Assembly (NCBI GenBank): GCA_021296095.1
Contig: JAGWBB010000001.1
Span: 20,116-84,115 of the forward strand
Length of the DNA: 64,000 nt
Source: Desulfurellaceae bacterium
Lineage (GTDB): Bacteria > Desulfobacterota > Binatia > Bin18
Reading direction: 5' to 3'
The notes below the pieces were generated by a model that was not told where the DNA came from, did not search any database, and worked only from the letters and a program-made list of their open reading frames with translations. Of this stretch, positions 47,967-59,390 are shown in pieces (within the stretch, counting starts at the first letter, position 1; each line of letters begins with the position of its first letter). Made by a program: the position numbers and the translations under genes.

Positions 47967-49055
47967 TCAGGGCAGATTCAAGGGCGGCGGCGGCGGGGTG
48001 AAGTGCAGGCCGCACCGACGGTGGGATTTTTTGACCGCAGCCCAGTCGGGCGTATCGTCGAGCAGGGCCAGCCCGGTCCGGGCGTGGCACGCTTCGGCGT
48101 GGTAGCCGAGTTGCTCGGCCCTTTCCAGACAGCGGCTGAAAGCGGTGCGGGCGGTTTTGTATCTGCCCCGCAGCAGCGCCAACTCACCCGTCCCCAGCCG
48201 ACAGTAGATGCCGCCACGGGCATCCCGGGTTTTCCGGAACAGATCCCGAGCCCGGGCAAAGGTCTGGGCGCTGAGGGGATAGTCACCACGCATCTTGTGG
48301 ACGGTGGCCATCGCCCAGACGGTATAGGCAAAGCTGGCGGTGTCACCAATACGGGCGTAGAGCTTCTCGGCCCGGGCAAACAGCCGCATGGCCGTCGTGT
48401 AGTCGCCGCGCATCCGTGCGGCATTGCCCAGCCCGCAGTAGGAGTAGGCGCGCCCATAGGTGTCTTTTTCGGCCTCGAACAGCGCGTTTGCCCGCTGATA
48501 GTAGTCCTGGGTCTCGGCAAAGCGACCCATCAGGCGCGAAGCGCCGCCCAAACCACACAGGGCATAGCCGGTGCCGGGTCCATCGCCCTGCTGCTGGGCC
48601 AGGGCTAAGGCGTTTGTGAAATACCTGATCGCTTTGCGCAAGTCGCCACAAAAGCGGTAGGTGCTGCCGAGCGCCCATAGAATGAAACCCTCGCCCTGGG
48701 CAGCCTGGGCGCGACGGTACAGCCGACGGGCGTGCTGGAGATAGGGCAAAGCGCGTTCGGGATTGCCCTGGGCGCGCAGACTGAGACCGAAACCGGCCTG
48801 GCTCTCGGCCAAGCCTTCCGGGTCGTGCAGCGCCTCGGACAGGCCGACCGCCCTGGCATAGGCCCGTTTGGCCAGACCGAAGCGGCCTAGCATACGCAGA
48901 CAGTCACCGATGCCGATGCAGGCATCGCGCTCTCCGTCAGGATCCCCCTCATCGGCGTAGGCGATCCGGGCCTGCCGGTAGAGGTCAAGGGCGGGGGCAA
49001 AGCGACTAGCGTGGCGGGCGCGCTCGGCGCGCTCAAACAGACGCTCGGGATTCAC
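47967..49055 (-). CDS. tetratricopeptide-repeat protein
   Basis: Multiple ~34-aa repeats with TPR consensus (W-LG-Y...A...F..A..). Confidence 0.7.
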   Translation of the reverse strand: MNPERLFERAERARHASRFAPALDLYRQARIAYADEGDPDGERDACIGIGDCLRMLGRFGLAKRAYARAVGLSEALHDPEGLAESQAGFGLSLRAQGNPERALPYLQHARRLYRRAQAAQGEGFILWALGSTYRFCGDLRKAIRYFTNALALAQQQGDGPGTGYALCGLGGASRLMGRFAETQDYYQRANALFEAEKDTYGRAYSYCGLGNAARMRGDYTTAMRLFARAEKLYARIGDTASFAYTVWAMATVHKMRGDYPLSAQTFARARDLFRKTRDARGGIYCRLGTGELALLRGRYKTARTAFSRCLERAEQLGYHAEACHARTGLALLDDTPDWAAVKKSHRRCGLHFTPPPPPLNLP

Positions 49056-49948
49056 GAACCGGCCGGCTCCTCGACCGCAATGCCCATCGCCCTGGCCATG
49101 GTCACTCCCATCTCGGCTGGGCTGGGAATCGTGTGCACGCCGGCCTGCTCAAAGGCCCAAATTTTTTCTGCGGCCGTGCCCGAGCCCCCGGCAATGATCG
49201 CCCCGGCGTGGCCCATGCGCTTGCCCTTGGGCGCGGTCTGCCCAGCGATAAAGGCAGCCACGGGTTTGGTCATATGAGCCTGGATGAAGGCGGCTGCGTC
49301 TTCTTCGGCGCTCCCCCCGATTTCACCGATCAGCACCACCCCTTCGGTCTGTGGATCGTCCTGGAACAGGCGCAACACATCGACAAAGCCGGTTCCGTTG
49401 ACCGGATCGCCGCCGATACCGACACAGCTGGACTGCCCGATCCCGAGCTGGGTCAGCTGATGAACTGCCTCGTAGGTCAGCGTCCCGCTACGCGACACCA
49501 CCCCGATGTTGCCCGCCTTGTGAATATAGCCCGGCATGATGCCAATCTTGCACTCCCCCGGCGTAATGACGCCGGGACAGTTGGGCCCGATCAGACGGGA
49601 CGCCTTGCCGGCCATATAGCGCTTGACCCGGACCATGTCCAAAATAGGAATGCCCTCGGTGATGCAGATCACCAATGGGAGTTCGGCATCAACCGCCTCA
49701 AGAATCGCGTCCGCGGCAAACGGCGGGGGCACATAGATCACCGAGGCGTTGGCGCCGGTTGCGGCCACCGACTCGGCAACGGTGTTGAAAATGGGAATGC
49801 CCTCAAAATCGGTCCCCCCCCGGCCCGGGGTCACGCCGGCCACCATCTGGGTGCCGTATTCCCGGCAGGCCCGGGTGTGGAGCTGACCGGTTGAACCGGT
49901 AATGCCCTGGGTAACCACTCTGGTGTCTTTATTCACAAGAATACTCAC
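49052..49948 (-). CDS. sucD: succinate--CoA ligase subunit alpha
   Basis: '[35 protein letters not shown]' and phosphohistidine loop 'MGHAGAII'. Confidence 0.95.
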   Translation of the reverse strand: MSILVNKDTRVVTQGITGSTGQLHTRACREYGTQMVAGVTPGRGGTDFEGIPIFNTVAESVAATGANASVIYVPPPFAADAILEAVDAELPLVICITEGIPILDMVRVKRYMAGKASRLIGPNCPGVITPGECKIGIMPGYIHKAGNIGVVSRSGTLTYEAVHQLTQLGIGQSSCVGIGGDPVNGTGFVDVLRLFQDDPQTEGVVLIGEIGGSAEEDAAAFIQAHMTKPVAAFIAGQTAPKGKRMGHAGAIIAGGSGTAAEKIWAFEQAGVHTIPSPAEMGVTMARAMGIAVEEPAGS

Positions 49949-49962
49949 GCGACTTCTCCAGA

Positions 49963-50008
49963 GGTGAACGATGATCTCTTCCTGATGAGGTGATCATCAT
50001 CGTTCACC
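49963..50008. repeat. near-perfect palindromic intercistronic element GGTGAACGATGATC-N15-GATCATCATCGTTCACC between sucC and sucD
   Basis: 14-nt arms (3-nt bulge in the 3' arm) around the loop TCTTCCTGATGAGGT; same core as the 46205-46307 element. Confidence 0.55.
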
Positions 50009-50027
50009 TTTCTCGTCGGTAGGCTGC

Positions 50028-51197
50028 TCAGCCCGCCGCCCTGACCGCCTCAACCGCCTTCTTGGCGCCGTCGGCCAGATCGCTGGCCGGGATGATATTG
50101 AGTCCAGACTGGGCCAGGATCTGCTTGCCCTGTTCAACGTTGGTGCCCTCAAGCCGAACCACCAGGGGCACCGACAGCTTGACCTGTTTGGCCGCTTCGA
50201 CTACGCCATCGGCCACCACGTCGCAGCGCATGATGCCGCCGAAGATGTTGACCAAAACGCCCTTGACCTTGGGATCGGACAGAATGATCTTGAACGCTTC
50301 GGTCACTTTTTCGGTCGTCGCCCCGCCCCCGACATCCAGAAAGTTGGCCGGCTCGGCGCCGTAGTGCTTGATGATGTCCATGGTGGCCATGGCCAGCCCG
50401 GCGCCGTTGACCATACAGCCGATATCGCCGTCGAGCGCGATGTAACTGAGGTCAAACTTGGAGGCCGCGATTTCCTTTTCGTTCTCTTCCGATACGTCTC
50501 GCAGATCGCGAACCTCGGCCTGACGGTACAGCGCGTTATCGTCAAAGCCCATCTTGGCGTCCAGGGCAACCAGATCGTTGTCCTGGGTCAGCACCAGAGG
50601 ATTGATCTCGACCAGCGAAGCGTCGGTTTCGATAAAGGCCCGGTACAGGGCTGTCACAAAGGCGACCGCTTTTGGAATGGCCTCCTTGGGCAGGCCCAGA
50701 CCGTAGGCGATTTTTCGGCCCTGAAAGGCGCCGACGCCAAGCGCCGGGTCCACCGCTTCGCGCAAAATTTTTTCGGGCGAGCGGGCGGCGACCTCTTCGA
50801 TCTCGACCCCGCCCTCAGAGCTGGCCATGACGGTGACACGCGACGTTGCCCGATCAAGAACCATGCCCAGATAGAACTCTTTGGCAATGGCGCAGCCCTG
50901 CTCAACAAAGACCTTTTGGACCTCCTTGCCCTCGGGGCCGGTCTGGTGGGTGACCAGGTTTTTGCCCAGCAGGCTGGCCGCGATGTCCCGCGCCTCTTGG
51001 GGCGTCTTGGCCAGCTTCACCCCACCCGCCTTGCCCCGACCGCCGGCGTGGATCTGAGCCTTGACCACACACAGCTGGCCGCCCAACTCCTCGGCCGCCA
51101 CCTGTGCCGCCTCGGGCGTGGTGGCCATTTTACCGTTCAGGACGGCTACGCCGTACTGCCGCAACAGGTCTTTTGCCTGATACTCATGAATATTCAT
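50028..51197 (-). CDS. sucC: succinate--CoA ligase (ADP-forming) subunit beta
   Basis: '[19 protein letters not shown]' ATP-grasp N-terminus; full-length SucC pattern. Confidence 0.95.
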   Translation of the reverse strand: MNIHEYQAKDLLRQYGVAVLNGKMATTPEAAQVAAEELGGQLCVVKAQIHAGGRGKAGGVKLAKTPQEARDIAASLLGKNLVTHQTGPEGKEVQKVFVEQGCAIAKEFYLGMVLDRATSRVTVMASSEGGVEIEEVAARSPEKILREAVDPALGVGAFQGRKIAYGLGLPKEAIPKAVAFVTALYRAFIETDASLVEINPLVLTQDNDLVALDAKMGFDDNALYRQAEVRDLRDVSEENEKEIAASKFDLSYIALDGDIGCMVNGAGLAMATMDIIKHYGAEPANFLDVGGGATTEKVTEAFKIILSDPKVKGVLVNIFGGIMRCDVVADGVVEAAKQVKLSVPLVVRLEGTNVEQGKQILAQSGLNIIPASDLADGAKKAVEAVRAAG

Positions 51198-51254
51198 ACG
51201 TCCTCACTCTCACGCTCAAAACGCTGGCAAAATGCCAAAATTCGCCTAGCCTGT

Positions 51255-51974
51255 CTAGGGCTTGGCCGGTCCGGACGGTGCTGACCGGGCCTGACGTCGC
51301 TTCCGCTCAGCCTCCGACAGGCGTACATAGCGCGGCACCAGTGTTGCGGCATCGTCCGACTCGCCGGCCCGCAGCCTCGACAGCGCCAAACGGGCCACCG
51401 CCACGCCGCTGGAATGACAGTCGGCCCACGGCACAAACCGGGCCGCGTCACCGTAGCGGTCTCGAATCAGTTCCTGATACGCCTCGGCTCCGTCGCCGAT
51501 AAACAGGCAGGGAGGCGTAATATGCGGCCACAGTTCATCCGGCGCCATCACCATATCGGGGCTCAGCCGTCGCAACCCACGGTGTTGGTCGCGAGTGAAC
51601 ACAGCCGCGTAGACTTCTTTTCTCCGGGCGTCAAGCAGGGCACACAGCCGCCCCTGCCAACCGTCCACGGTCGTCGCCAGCGCCTCCAGGGTGGACACGC
51701 CGACCAGACCCAGCCCGAGTGCGTAACACAGTCCCTTGGCCGTGCTCAGGCCGACCCGCAGGCCGGAGAAAGAGCCGGGTCCGATTGACACCCCAATCCC
51801 GTCCAGCTCGCTCAGCCCCACGCCGGCCCGCGACACGAGCTGGTGGACGAGCGGCAACAGGATATCCGTGTGCCCGGTCCGGACTTGACGCGACTCCTCG
51901 GCCAGGACCCTCCCGTCACGCATCAAGCCGACACTGGTCAGCCAGGTTGCCGTGTCCAGGCCGAGGACGAGCAC
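51255..51974 (-). CDS. tsaB: tRNA threonylcarbamoyladenosine biosynthesis protein TsaB
   Basis: 'MLVLGLDTATWLTSVGLMRDGRVL' inactive-Kae1/YeaZ-family N-terminus. Confidence 0.8.
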   Translation of the reverse strand: MLVLGLDTATWLTSVGLMRDGRVLAEESRQVRTGHTDILLPLVHQLVSRAGVGLSELDGIGVSIGPGSFSGLRVGLSTAKGLCYALGLGLVGVSTLEALATTVDGWQGRLCALLDARRKEVYAAVFTRDQHRGLRRLSPDMVMAPDELWPHITPPCLFIGDGAEAYQELIRDRYGDAARFVPWADCHSSGVAVARLALSRLRAGESDDAATLVPRYVRLSEAERKRRQARSAPSGPAKP

Positions 51975-52026
51975 GCTTGCGTCTCCCCTTCTTCAGCCAT
52001 GCAGTTGTCCGTCTGGGGTGACACAG

Positions 52027-53103
52027 CTAGCGTACCAGTCGTGCAATATCGTTGTAGAAGACCAACACGACCAGCGAGATGATCACCACGAAGCCGACGC
52101 GAAAGGCCATCTCGCGCGAGCGCAGGCTGGGAGGACGGCCGATGAGCAGCTCGATGAACAGAAAGAGCAGATGGCCGCCGTCCAGAATCGGAATCGGCAG
52201 GAGATTGAAGATGGCCAGATTCACATTAATGACGGCGGTGAAGTGCAGGAGGTAGCTCAGCCCGCGCTGGGCCTGCTGGCCGGCCACCTGGGCAATGAGA
52301 ATCGGTCCGCCCAACTCTTTGGTCGAGACCTCCCCGTGGAGGAGTTGGCCCACGGTCTGCACGATCAGGACGCTGATGGCCCAGGTTTGCTCAGCCCCCA
52401 GTACCACGGCGCGGCCGACCGATACCGGTTCCAGACGCGTGGCCGGCATAATGCCAATCGCGTATCGCTCGCGTCCCTCTTGATCCATCCCCTGGCGCAA
52501 CTCCGGGCTGACGACCACCTCAAGCGGCTGGGGGCCGTCCGCTCGCCCGACCTGCAGGCTGAGTTCTGCCCCACCACTGCTGCGGATATGTTCGGCCATT
52601 TCCTCCCAGGTCTGCACCCGGCTGCCCGCAATGCTCATAATCTCGTCCCCGGGCTGCAGCCCGGCCCGCTGGGCCGGCGAATCAGGGACGATTCCGCCGA
52701 CCCTGGCCTCGTCTATCGCAACCGGAATGCCAAAGCTGGCAAAGGCCAGGCCAAACAGGAGAAAGGCGGTCACAATATTGGCGCACGGCCCGGCCGCGAC
52801 AATCAGGAAACGACTCATCAACGACTGATGGGGAAAGGAACGCGGGATATCTTCCGGGGCGATTTCCTCGCCCGTTTCTTCTCCGACCATCTTGACATAG
52901 CCGCCCAGCGGCACGGCACTGATCAGGTATTCCGTCTCACCAACCGTGCGTCCGACGAGCTTGGGTCCAAAGCCGAGCGAGAACCGCTCAACGCCAACGC
53001 CGACCAGCTTGGCCAGGCTGAAATGGCCGAGTTCGTGCACGAACACAATCAGGCCAAAGACCAGGACGACTTTCCAAATCACATCCAGAGTTGACAGATC
53101 CAT
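52027..53103 (-). CDS. rseP: RIP zinc metalloprotease (site-2 protease)
   Basis: 'VHELGHFSLAKL' HExxH in TM1; PDZ region; C-terminal 'LLPIPILDGGHLLF' LDG motif. Confidence 0.85.
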   Translation of the reverse strand: MDLSTLDVIWKVVLVFGLIVFVHELGHFSLAKLVGVGVERFSLGFGPKLVGRTVGETEYLISAVPLGGYVKMVGEETGEEIAPEDIPRSFPHQSLMSRFLIVAAGPCANIVTAFLLFGLAFASFGIPVAIDEARVGGIVPDSPAQRAGLQPGDEIMSIAGSRVQTWEEMAEHIRSSGGAELSLQVGRADGPQPLEVVVSPELRQGMDQEGRERYAIGIMPATRLEPVSVGRAVVLGAEQTWAISVLIVQTVGQLLHGEVSTKELGGPILIAQVAGQQAQRGLSYLLHFTAVINVNLAIFNLLPIPILDGGHLLFLFIELLIGRPPSLRSREMAFRVGFVVIISLVVLVFYNDIARLVR

Positions 53104-53130
53104 ACGGCTTCCTCAATCGCAAGTCACAAG

Positions 53131-53922
53131 CTAGGCCCACAGGGCACCATAGTAATAGATAAAGGCGGCCGGGAAAAGCAAACTATCGGCCCGATCCAGC
53201 AGACCACCGTGGCCGGGGAACAGCCGGCCCGAATCCTTTGCCCCGCACGCCCGCTTGACCGCCGACTCGCATAAATCTCCAATCTGGGCCAGGATCGCCA
53301 GGACGGCCGCCAGCACGCCCAACTCGGTCCAGCTCCGCTCCGGCAGCAGCCACACCCAGCCAACCCAGGCCGCCCCCAGACTGCCGAGCAGTGCCCCTGC
53401 GCTGCCCTCAAGGGTTTTACCGGGGCTGATGTGAGGGATGAGCTTACGGGTGCCCCACAGCCGCCCAACGGCATACCCGCCGGTATCGCCCAGCATAGCA
53501 ACCAGCAGCAGGAAAAACACCCAGCCGACGCCGTCCGGGAGCTGCCGGACCCAGACGAGGTGGGGCAGCAAAAAACCGACGTACACAACCCCCAACAGGG
53601 TCAGACTGACTCCGGCCAGCCCCCTGTCGGGCTGGGGCGTGCGCAAAGCCCATGCAAAGGTGAGAAAAAATCCGGCGGTCAGCACCGCGCCGACCAGCGC
53701 GCCGGGCCCGACACACATGGCTGCCGCCAAGCCGCCGCCCCAGCCGAGTCCCAGACCGCAGGGGAGCGGATTGTGGTCCCGTGTCAGCGAAAAGAATTCG
53801 TACAGCCCGAGACAGGTCAACAGAAAAACGGTCGCGGAGAAGACCCAGACCGGGGCGCAGCAGATACAGACGACGAGGAGTGGCAGGGCAAGGGCTGCGG
53901 TCAAGAGTCGGTCGCGGAGCAC
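53131..53922 (-). CDS. cdsA: phosphatidate cytidylyltransferase
   Basis: Multi-TM protein with C-terminal CdsA signature 'GKTLEGSAGALLGS...GHGGLLDRADSLLF'. Confidence 0.8.
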   Translation of the reverse strand: MLRDRLLTAALALPLLVVCICCAPVWVFSATVFLLTCLGLYEFFSLTRDHNPLPCGLGLGWGGGLAAAMCVGPGALVGAVLTAGFFLTFAWALRTPQPDRGLAGVSLTLLGVVYVGFLLPHLVWVRQLPDGVGWVFFLLLVAMLGDTGGYAVGRLWGTRKLIPHISPGKTLEGSAGALLGSLGAAWVGWVWLLPERSWTELGVLAAVLAILAQIGDLCESAVKRACGAKDSGRLFPGHGGLLDRADSLLFPAAFIYYYGALWA

Positions 53923-53930
53923 ACCTGCGC

Positions 53931-54794
53931 CTAGCCTACCGCCCGCCGGAGACCTTTCAGGGTCTGCTGTTCGGCGGTTCGTCCAAAACGCCGCTGGCGA
54001 CGCTGATATTCGAGCAGGGAGCGGAAAAAATGCTCACGGTCAAAGTCCGGCCACAGGGTATCCGTCACGTACAGCTCGGTATAGGCCAGCTGCCACAGCA
54101 GAAAATTGCTGATCCGCATCTCTTTTCCAGTCCGAATCAGAAAATCGGGATCGGGGATATCCGCCGTCCACAAATACCGGGCAACAGTCTGTTCATCAAT
54201 CTCGTCAGGTCGCAGGCGGCCCTCCTGAACGGCCCGGGCCAGGGCCCGGGCCGCAGAGACAATCTCTTCACGCGCCCCATAGCTGACCGCTAAGACAACG
54301 GTCAGACCGGTGTTGTGTCGAGTTGTAGAGATCGCCTCGTCAAAAGCCGAACGGACCGGCCCGGGCAGACGGGCCAGATCGCCGAGGGCCAGCAGCCTGA
54401 TATTGTAGTCCATCAGACGGTCGAGTTCGCTGCGCAAATAACGACGAAAGAGGCTCATCAGAACGCGGATTTCAGCGCTGGGACGCTGCCAATTTTCTGA
54501 CGAGAAGGCGTACAGGGTGAGATACGAGAGGCCGAGTTCGTGGCTGGTTTCGACGATTGTACGGACGGTTTCTTTGGCCCGCTTGTGGCCTTCGGTCCGG
54601 GGCAGACCACGCTGCTGAGCCCAGCGACCGTTGCCGTCCATGATGATGGCGACGTGTCGGGGGAGCCGGTCCAGCCGCAGGTGCTGAAGCTCCTGCGGGA
54701 CAGGCCCCGGTCCAGCCGGCCCTTCACCGGCCAGCCTGAGTTGAAGACTGCCGTTTTGCATCGGTCGGTTCTGCTTTATCACTCGCGTCCACAC
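53931..54794 (-). CDS. uppS: isoprenyl transferase (undecaprenyl-diphosphate synthase)
   Basis: 'PRHVAIIMDGNGRWAQQRGLPRTEGH' and 'SYGAREEI'; exact start uncertain. Confidence 0.85.
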   Translation of the reverse strand: MWTRVIKQNRPMQNGSLQLRLAGEGPAGPGPVPQELQHLRLDRLPRHVAIIMDGNGRWAQQRGLPRTEGHKRAKETVRTIVETSHELGLSYLTLYAFSSENWQRPSAEIRVLMSLFRRYLRSELDRLMDYNIRLLALGDLARLPGPVRSAFDEAISTTRHNTGLTVVLAVSYGAREEIVSAARALARAVQEGRLRPDEIDEQTVARYLWTADIPDPDFLIRTGKEMRISNFLLWQLAYTELYVTDTLWPDFDREHFFRSLLEYQRRQRRFGRTAEQQTLKGLRRAVG

Positions 54795-54838
54795 CCCACC
54801 GGGTAAGGCACGCCGCTCAACGGCACGCTTTTCCGGCT

Positions 54839-55396
54839 CTACACCGACAGCAAATCCTCTTCCTTGACCCGCAAAATCTGCTCAATCTTGTCGATCGACT
54901 CGTTGGTCACTTTCTGGACTTGGTCTTGCGTGGCCCGCGCTTCGTCTTCAGGCATTTCTTTGCTCTTCTGCATTTTTTTGATCCGGTCATTGATGCTGCG
55001 GCGATGATTGCGCATCGACACTCGATAGTCTTCGGCTATTTTCCGAATATGGCGCACGAGTTCCTTGCGGCGCTCCTCGGTCAATTCGGGTAGCGGCACC
55101 CGGATGACCTTGCCGTCGTTGACCGGTGTCAGCCCCAGGTCGGCTTTATAGATCGCCTTTTCGATATCGCCGATAATATGCTGGTCGTAGGGCTGGGCCA
55201 GCAGCAGACGGGGCTCAGGTGCCGACAGGGCGGCCACTTGGTTCAGAGGCGTCGGGGCTCCATAGCAGTCAACCATCACCCCTTCGATAAGAGCCACCGA
55301 GGCTCGGCCGGTGCGCACCTTGAGAAATTCTTTGTTGAGAGACTCGATGGTATGGTCCGCCTCTTTCTTCAACTCGTTCAGTAGCTGCGCATTCAT
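54839..55396 (-). CDS. frr: ribosome recycling factor
   Basis: '[33 protein letters not shown]'; ATGA overlap with the pyrH stop. Confidence 0.9.
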   Translation of the reverse strand: MNAQLLNELKKEADHTIESLNKEFLKVRTGRASVALIEGVMVDCYGAPTPLNQVAALSAPEPRLLLAQPYDQHIIGDIEKAIYKADLGLTPVNDGKVIRVPLPELTEERRKELVRHIRKIAEDYRVSMRNHRRSINDRIKKMQKSKEMPEDEARATQDQVQKVTNESIDKIEQILRVKEEDLLSV

Positions 55397-56130
55397 ACTG
55401 CCCCTCCATGGACCAGGGTTCCGACCTGCTCCCCGAGCACGGCTCGCTTGATATTGCCCGTCTCCAGCATGCTGAACACCAGAATCGGCAGGCGGTTGTC
55501 CATACACAGAGAAATCGCGGTCGAATCCATGACTTTGAGGTTTTTTTGCAAGACCTCGATGTAACTGACCTCGTGATAGCGCTTGGCGTCGGCGACGTGG
55601 ACCGGGTCGGCATCGTAGATGCCGTCAACCTTGGTGGCTTTAAAAATGATCTGCGCCCCGATCTCCATGGCCCGCAAACTGGCCGCCGTATCCGTCGTGA
55701 AGTACGGATTGCCGGTGCCCGCCGCAAAAATCACCACCCGGCCCTTTTCCAGATGGCGGGTCGCCCGGCGCCGGATATACGGCTCGGCCACCTGCGACAC
55801 GCTCAGGGCCGACAGCACCCGGGTCTGGACCTCAACCGTTTCCAGCGCCTCCTGCATGGCCAAGCTATTGATCAGGGTGGCCAGCATGCCCATGTAATCG
55901 GCCGTTGCCCGGGCCATGCCGCGGGTGCTGGCGGCCAGGCCCCGAAAGATATTCCCGCCGCCGATTACCAGGGCGATTTCACAGCCGAGGTCGTGGACCT
56001 CCCTGACCTCGTTGGCCATCCGCGACATGACCGCCGCGTCAATCCCATATCCGGCGTCTCCGGCCAGCGCTTCGCCGCCGATTTTCAGTAATACCCGTTT
56101 GTAGGGCAGCGGACACGGATCGTCAGTCAT
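55393..56130 (-). CDS. pyrH: UMP kinase
   Basis: '[13 protein letters not shown]' and '[10 protein letters not shown]' amino-acid-kinase family motifs. Confidence 0.9.
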   Translation of the reverse strand: MTDDPCPLPYKRVLLKIGGEALAGDAGYGIDAAVMSRMANEVREVHDLGCEIALVIGGGNIFRGLAASTRGMARATADYMGMLATLINSLAMQEALETVEVQTRVLSALSVSQVAEPYIRRRATRHLEKGRVVIFAAGTGNPYFTTDTAASLRAMEIGAQIIFKATKVDGIYDADPVHVADAKRYHEVSYIEVLQKNLKVMDSTAISLCMDNRLPILVFSMLETGNIKRAVLGEQVGTLVHGGAV

Positions 56131-56163
56131 GATTCCGGCTGAACGTGGCTGGCCCGCCCCGCA

Positions 56164-56784
56164 CTACTCGGCGGCTTGTGCGGCCTCGCCAATCTGGAAG
56201 CGGGAAAAGCGGCGAACGACAATATTTTCTCCGGTGCGGGCGACCATCTCCTTGACCAGCTGTTCGACCGTCTTGGCCGTATCGCGGATAAAGCTCTGCT
56301 CGAGGAGGCAGTTCTCTCCGTAGTACTTCTCCAGGCGTCCATCGACAATACGATCAATGACCTTCTCGGGTTTGCCCTCGGCCAGCGTCTGGGTGCGGTA
56401 GATCCCCCGCTCTTTTTCCACCTCCTCGGCCGGGATATCGTCGCGCCGGACATAGCGCGGCTGAGCGGCGGCAATCTGCATGCCGAGGTCTTTGACCAAC
56501 TGCTGAAACTCCTCGGTGCGTGCTACAAAATCGGTTTCGCAGTTGACCTCGACCAACACCCCGATCTTGCCGCCAGCGTGAATGTATGAGCCGACAATTC
56601 CCTGGGCCGCAGCCCGGCCGGCTCGCTTGGCGGCTGCGGCAAGCCCCTTTTCACGCAAAAACGTGATCGCCTTGTCAATATCGCCACCGCTTTCGTTCAG
56701 GGCTTTCTTGCAATCAACGACTCCGGCTCCGGTCCGCTCGCGAACCTCCTTGAGCAGGGCCATGCTCGTGTTCTGGTTGCTCAC
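56164..56784 (-). CDS. tsf: translation elongation factor Ts
   Basis: '[39 protein letters not shown]' UBA-like N-terminus. Confidence 0.9.
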   Translation of the reverse strand: MSNQNTSMALLKEVRERTGAGVVDCKKALNESGGDIDKAITFLREKGLAAAAKRAGRAAAQGIVGSYIHAGGKIGVLVEVNCETDFVARTEEFQQLVKDLGMQIAAAQPRYVRRDDIPAEEVEKERGIYRTQTLAEGKPEKVIDRIVDGRLEKYYGENCLLEQSFIRDTAKTVEQLVKEMVARTGENIVVRRFSRFQIGEAAQAAE

Positions 56785-57683
56785 TCATCACCTCCGTCTG
56801 CCTCGGCCTCAGCAGCCTGCTCGGCCGAGGGGCTTGGAGCCGTCTGGGCTGCGGCGGGAGCGAGTTCCGGGGCGGTGTCGGCCGCTGGCTCGACAGCCGC
56901 TTCGGCGACCTCGGCCTCGCCTGCGCCAGCCGCGGGCTCAGCCACGGCCGTCTCTGTCTCAGCGGTGTCTTTTTCCTCGGCCTGCTGGCGCTCCTCAAGC
57001 TGGGCTTGGCCCTCAAGCGCCGCTTCAGCCACCGCGCTGGTAAACAGTCGGATGGCCCGGATCGCGTCATCGTTGCCCGGCACCTTGTGGCTGATCGTAT
57101 CCGGGTCGCAGTTGGTATCAACCGCAGCCACGACCGGAATTCCGAGCTTGTTCGCCTCCCGGACCGAAATTTCTTCTTTTTTGGTGTCCACGACAAACAT
57201 GGCGTCCGGCAGCTTGCGCATGTTCTTGATGCCGCCCAGGGTCACCATCAGCTTGTCTCGCTCGCGGCCGATACCCAACAGTTCCTTTTTGGTCAGCGCC
57301 TCGTTGATCGAGGGGGTGTCGAGCATTTCATCGAGCTTTTTCAGCCGTTCAATAGACTTCTTGATCGTCTGGAAATTGGTCAGCATCCCGCCCGGCCAGC
57401 GATTGTTGACGTAGTACATCCCGCATCGTTCGGCCTCTTCCCGCACAACGTCCTGGGCCTGTTTTTTCGTGCCGACAAACAGAATATGGCCGCCGTCGGC
57501 AACCAACCCCGAGACAAAGTTCGCCACCTCACGCAGCATGCCGACGGTCTGTTGCAGGTCAATGATGTGGATCCCGTTGCGGGCACCGAAAATATACGGC
57601 TTCATCTTGGGATTCCAGCGGCTGGTCTGGTGGCCAAAGTGGACCCCGGCCTCAAGCAGCTGCTTGATTGTGATATCGGTCAT
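56781..57683 (-). CDS. rpsB: 30S ribosomal protein S2 with ~70-aa acidic Ala/Glu-rich C-terminal extension
   Basis: '[27 protein letters not shown]'; trimmed from the ORF-track start at 57815. Confidence 0.9.
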   Translation of the reverse strand: MTDITIKQLLEAGVHFGHQTSRWNPKMKPYIFGARNGIHIIDLQQTVGMLREVANFVSGLVADGGHILFVGTKKQAQDVVREEAERCGMYYVNNRWPGGMLTNFQTIKKSIERLKKLDEMLDTPSINEALTKKELLGIGRERDKLMVTLGGIKNMRKLPDAMFVVDTKKEEISVREANKLGIPVVAAVDTNCDPDTISHKVPGNDDAIRAIRLFTSAVAEAALEGQAQLEERQQAEEKDTAETETAVAEPAAGAGEAEVAEAAVEPAADTAPELAPAAAQTAPSPSAEQAAEAEADGGDE

Positions 57684-57826
57684 GAATCCTACCTTCCTCT
57701 GACTGTGCGATCTGATGTCGCGCTCTGCGGTGCGAGAGTTGTAGCAAATGGGGGGGGGCTTTGCAACGCGCGCCCAGAGCCGATCGGGACGGAAAATCGC
57801 CCCCTCGGCGGGCACGAACGCAACGG

Positions 57827-59155
57827 CTACTGGTTCATCGATTCCAGAAATTCGACATTATCTTTCGTCCCCTCTATCTTGTCCATCAGGAATTCCATGG
57901 CCTCGACGGTATTGAGCTGCGAGAGCAGTTTGCGCAGAATCCAAATCCGGTTCAATACCTCTTTGGTCAGCAGCAGTTCCTCCTTGCGGGTGCCGGACCG
58001 ATTGATATCGACCGCCGGAAAAACGCGCTTGTCCATCAGGCGCCGGTCCAGGTGAATTTCCATATTCCCGGTGCCCTTGAACTCTTCAAAGATGACCTCA
58101 TCCATACGGCTGCCGGTATCAATCAGGGCGGTGCCGAGAATGGTCAGGCTGCCGCCGTCTTCGATATTCCGGGCCGCGCCAAAAAATTTCTTGGGACCGC
58201 GCAGGGCGTTGGCGTCCACCCCACCCGACAGCAGCTTGCCGCTGGGCGGAACGACCGAGTTGTAAGCCCGGGCCAGGCGGGTGATGCTATCGAGCAGAAT
58301 CACCACGTCTTTGCCGTGCTCGACGAGGCGCTTGGCCTTCTCAATCACCATCTCAGCCACCTGGACATGACGGGTGGCCGGCTCGTCAAACGTGGAGCTG
58401 ACGACCTCGGCGTGCACCGAGCGCTGCATATCGGTGACTTCTTCCGGCCGTTCGTCAATCAGCAGCACGATGAGGATGACTTCTTTCTGGTTGTTGACAA
58501 TGCCCTGGGCGATGTTCTGCAACATCATCGTCTTGCCGGTGCGCGGGGCGGCGACGATGAGGCCGCGCTGGCCCCTGCCGATCGGGGTTAGCAGATCAAT
58601 GATCCGTCCGGTATACGCCTCGGGGTCGTATTCGAGCCGCAAGGGCTCCTCAGGATAGAGGGGCGTCAAATTATCGAACAGGATTTTTTCGCGCGCGCGC
58701 TCCGGTTCCTCATAGTTGATGACCTCGACCTTGAGGAGGGCAAAGTAGCGCTCGCCCTCTTTGGGTGGACGAATCTGGCCGGAGACTACATCGCCGGTGC
58801 GCAGATTGAAGCGTCGAATCTGACTCGGGGAGACGTAGATATCGTCGGACCCAGGCAGATAGTTGTAATCCGGGGAGCGCAGGAAGCCAAACCCGTCGGA
58901 CAGAATTTCCAGCACGCCCTCACCGTAGATATACCCGCTCTGCTCGGCCTGGGCCTGCAGAATGGAGAAGATGAGGTCTTGCTTGCGTAAGCCCGAGGTG
59001 CCATCGACGCTGAAACCACGCGCGATTCTCGCCAACTCACTGATCTTCTTTTCCTTGAGCGTCTTCAGATTCAGCCCGCCATCCTCATCACCAACCTCGA
59101 TGCGGATATCCCGGGGCTCTTCCACTTCTTGTTGCCGAGCGGCCGACCGAGCCAT
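57827..59155 (-). CDS. rho: transcription termination factor Rho
   Basis: N-terminal insertion, CSD-like RNA-binding domain, RecA-type ATPase '[13 protein letters not shown]'. Confidence 0.95.
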   Translation of the reverse strand: MARSAARQQEVEEPRDIRIEVGDEDGGLNLKTLKEKKISELARIARGFSVDGTSGLRKQDLIFSILQAQAEQSGYIYGEGVLEILSDGFGFLRSPDYNYLPGSDDIYVSPSQIRRFNLRTGDVVSGQIRPPKEGERYFALLKVEVINYEEPERAREKILFDNLTPLYPEEPLRLEYDPEAYTGRIIDLLTPIGRGQRGLIVAAPRTGKTMMLQNIAQGIVNNQKEVILIVLLIDERPEEVTDMQRSVHAEVVSSTFDEPATRHVQVAEMVIEKAKRLVEHGKDVVILLDSITRLARAYNSVVPPSGKLLSGGVDANALRGPKKFFGAARNIEDGGSLTILGTALIDTGSRMDEVIFEEFKGTGNMEIHLDRRLMDKRVFPAVDINRSGTRKEELLLTKEVLNRIWILRKLLSQLNTVEAMEFLMDKIEGTKDNVEFLESMNQ

Positions 59156-59390
59156 GAAATTCTCCCTTTACTGCGTGCAATGTGCGATGTGTGAATCTAG
59201 AAAGCTGTCCTGCCCTTGGCGGGTCGTGACAGGTCCGCCGGGCGGACAGAAGCCGTGTGTGCCATGCGGGAAAGTTCTCAACCGGAAGGGATGGAGAAAG
59301 CGGCGAACGGGGGGTTTCTGCTGTGTGTCTCTCTGAACGAGTCTGGTGTGGGCTGAACTGTCCTCATCGTAATTGATCTTCAGCCTAGTG

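Noticed and set aside
49977-49995. CUGAUGAGG inside the sucC/sucD palindrome resembles the hammerhead ribozyme core
   Set aside because: There is no downstream GAAA/CGAAAC core and no three-stem architecture. It is just the loop of the palindromic repeat.
57752-57762. Homopolymeric G9 tract between rho and rpsB, and a C8 tract at 62816-62825 between tolB and pal
   Set aside because: Short G/C runs are expected by chance in a 65% GC genome. Both are intergenic in housekeeping operons, not in a typical phase-variable gene class.
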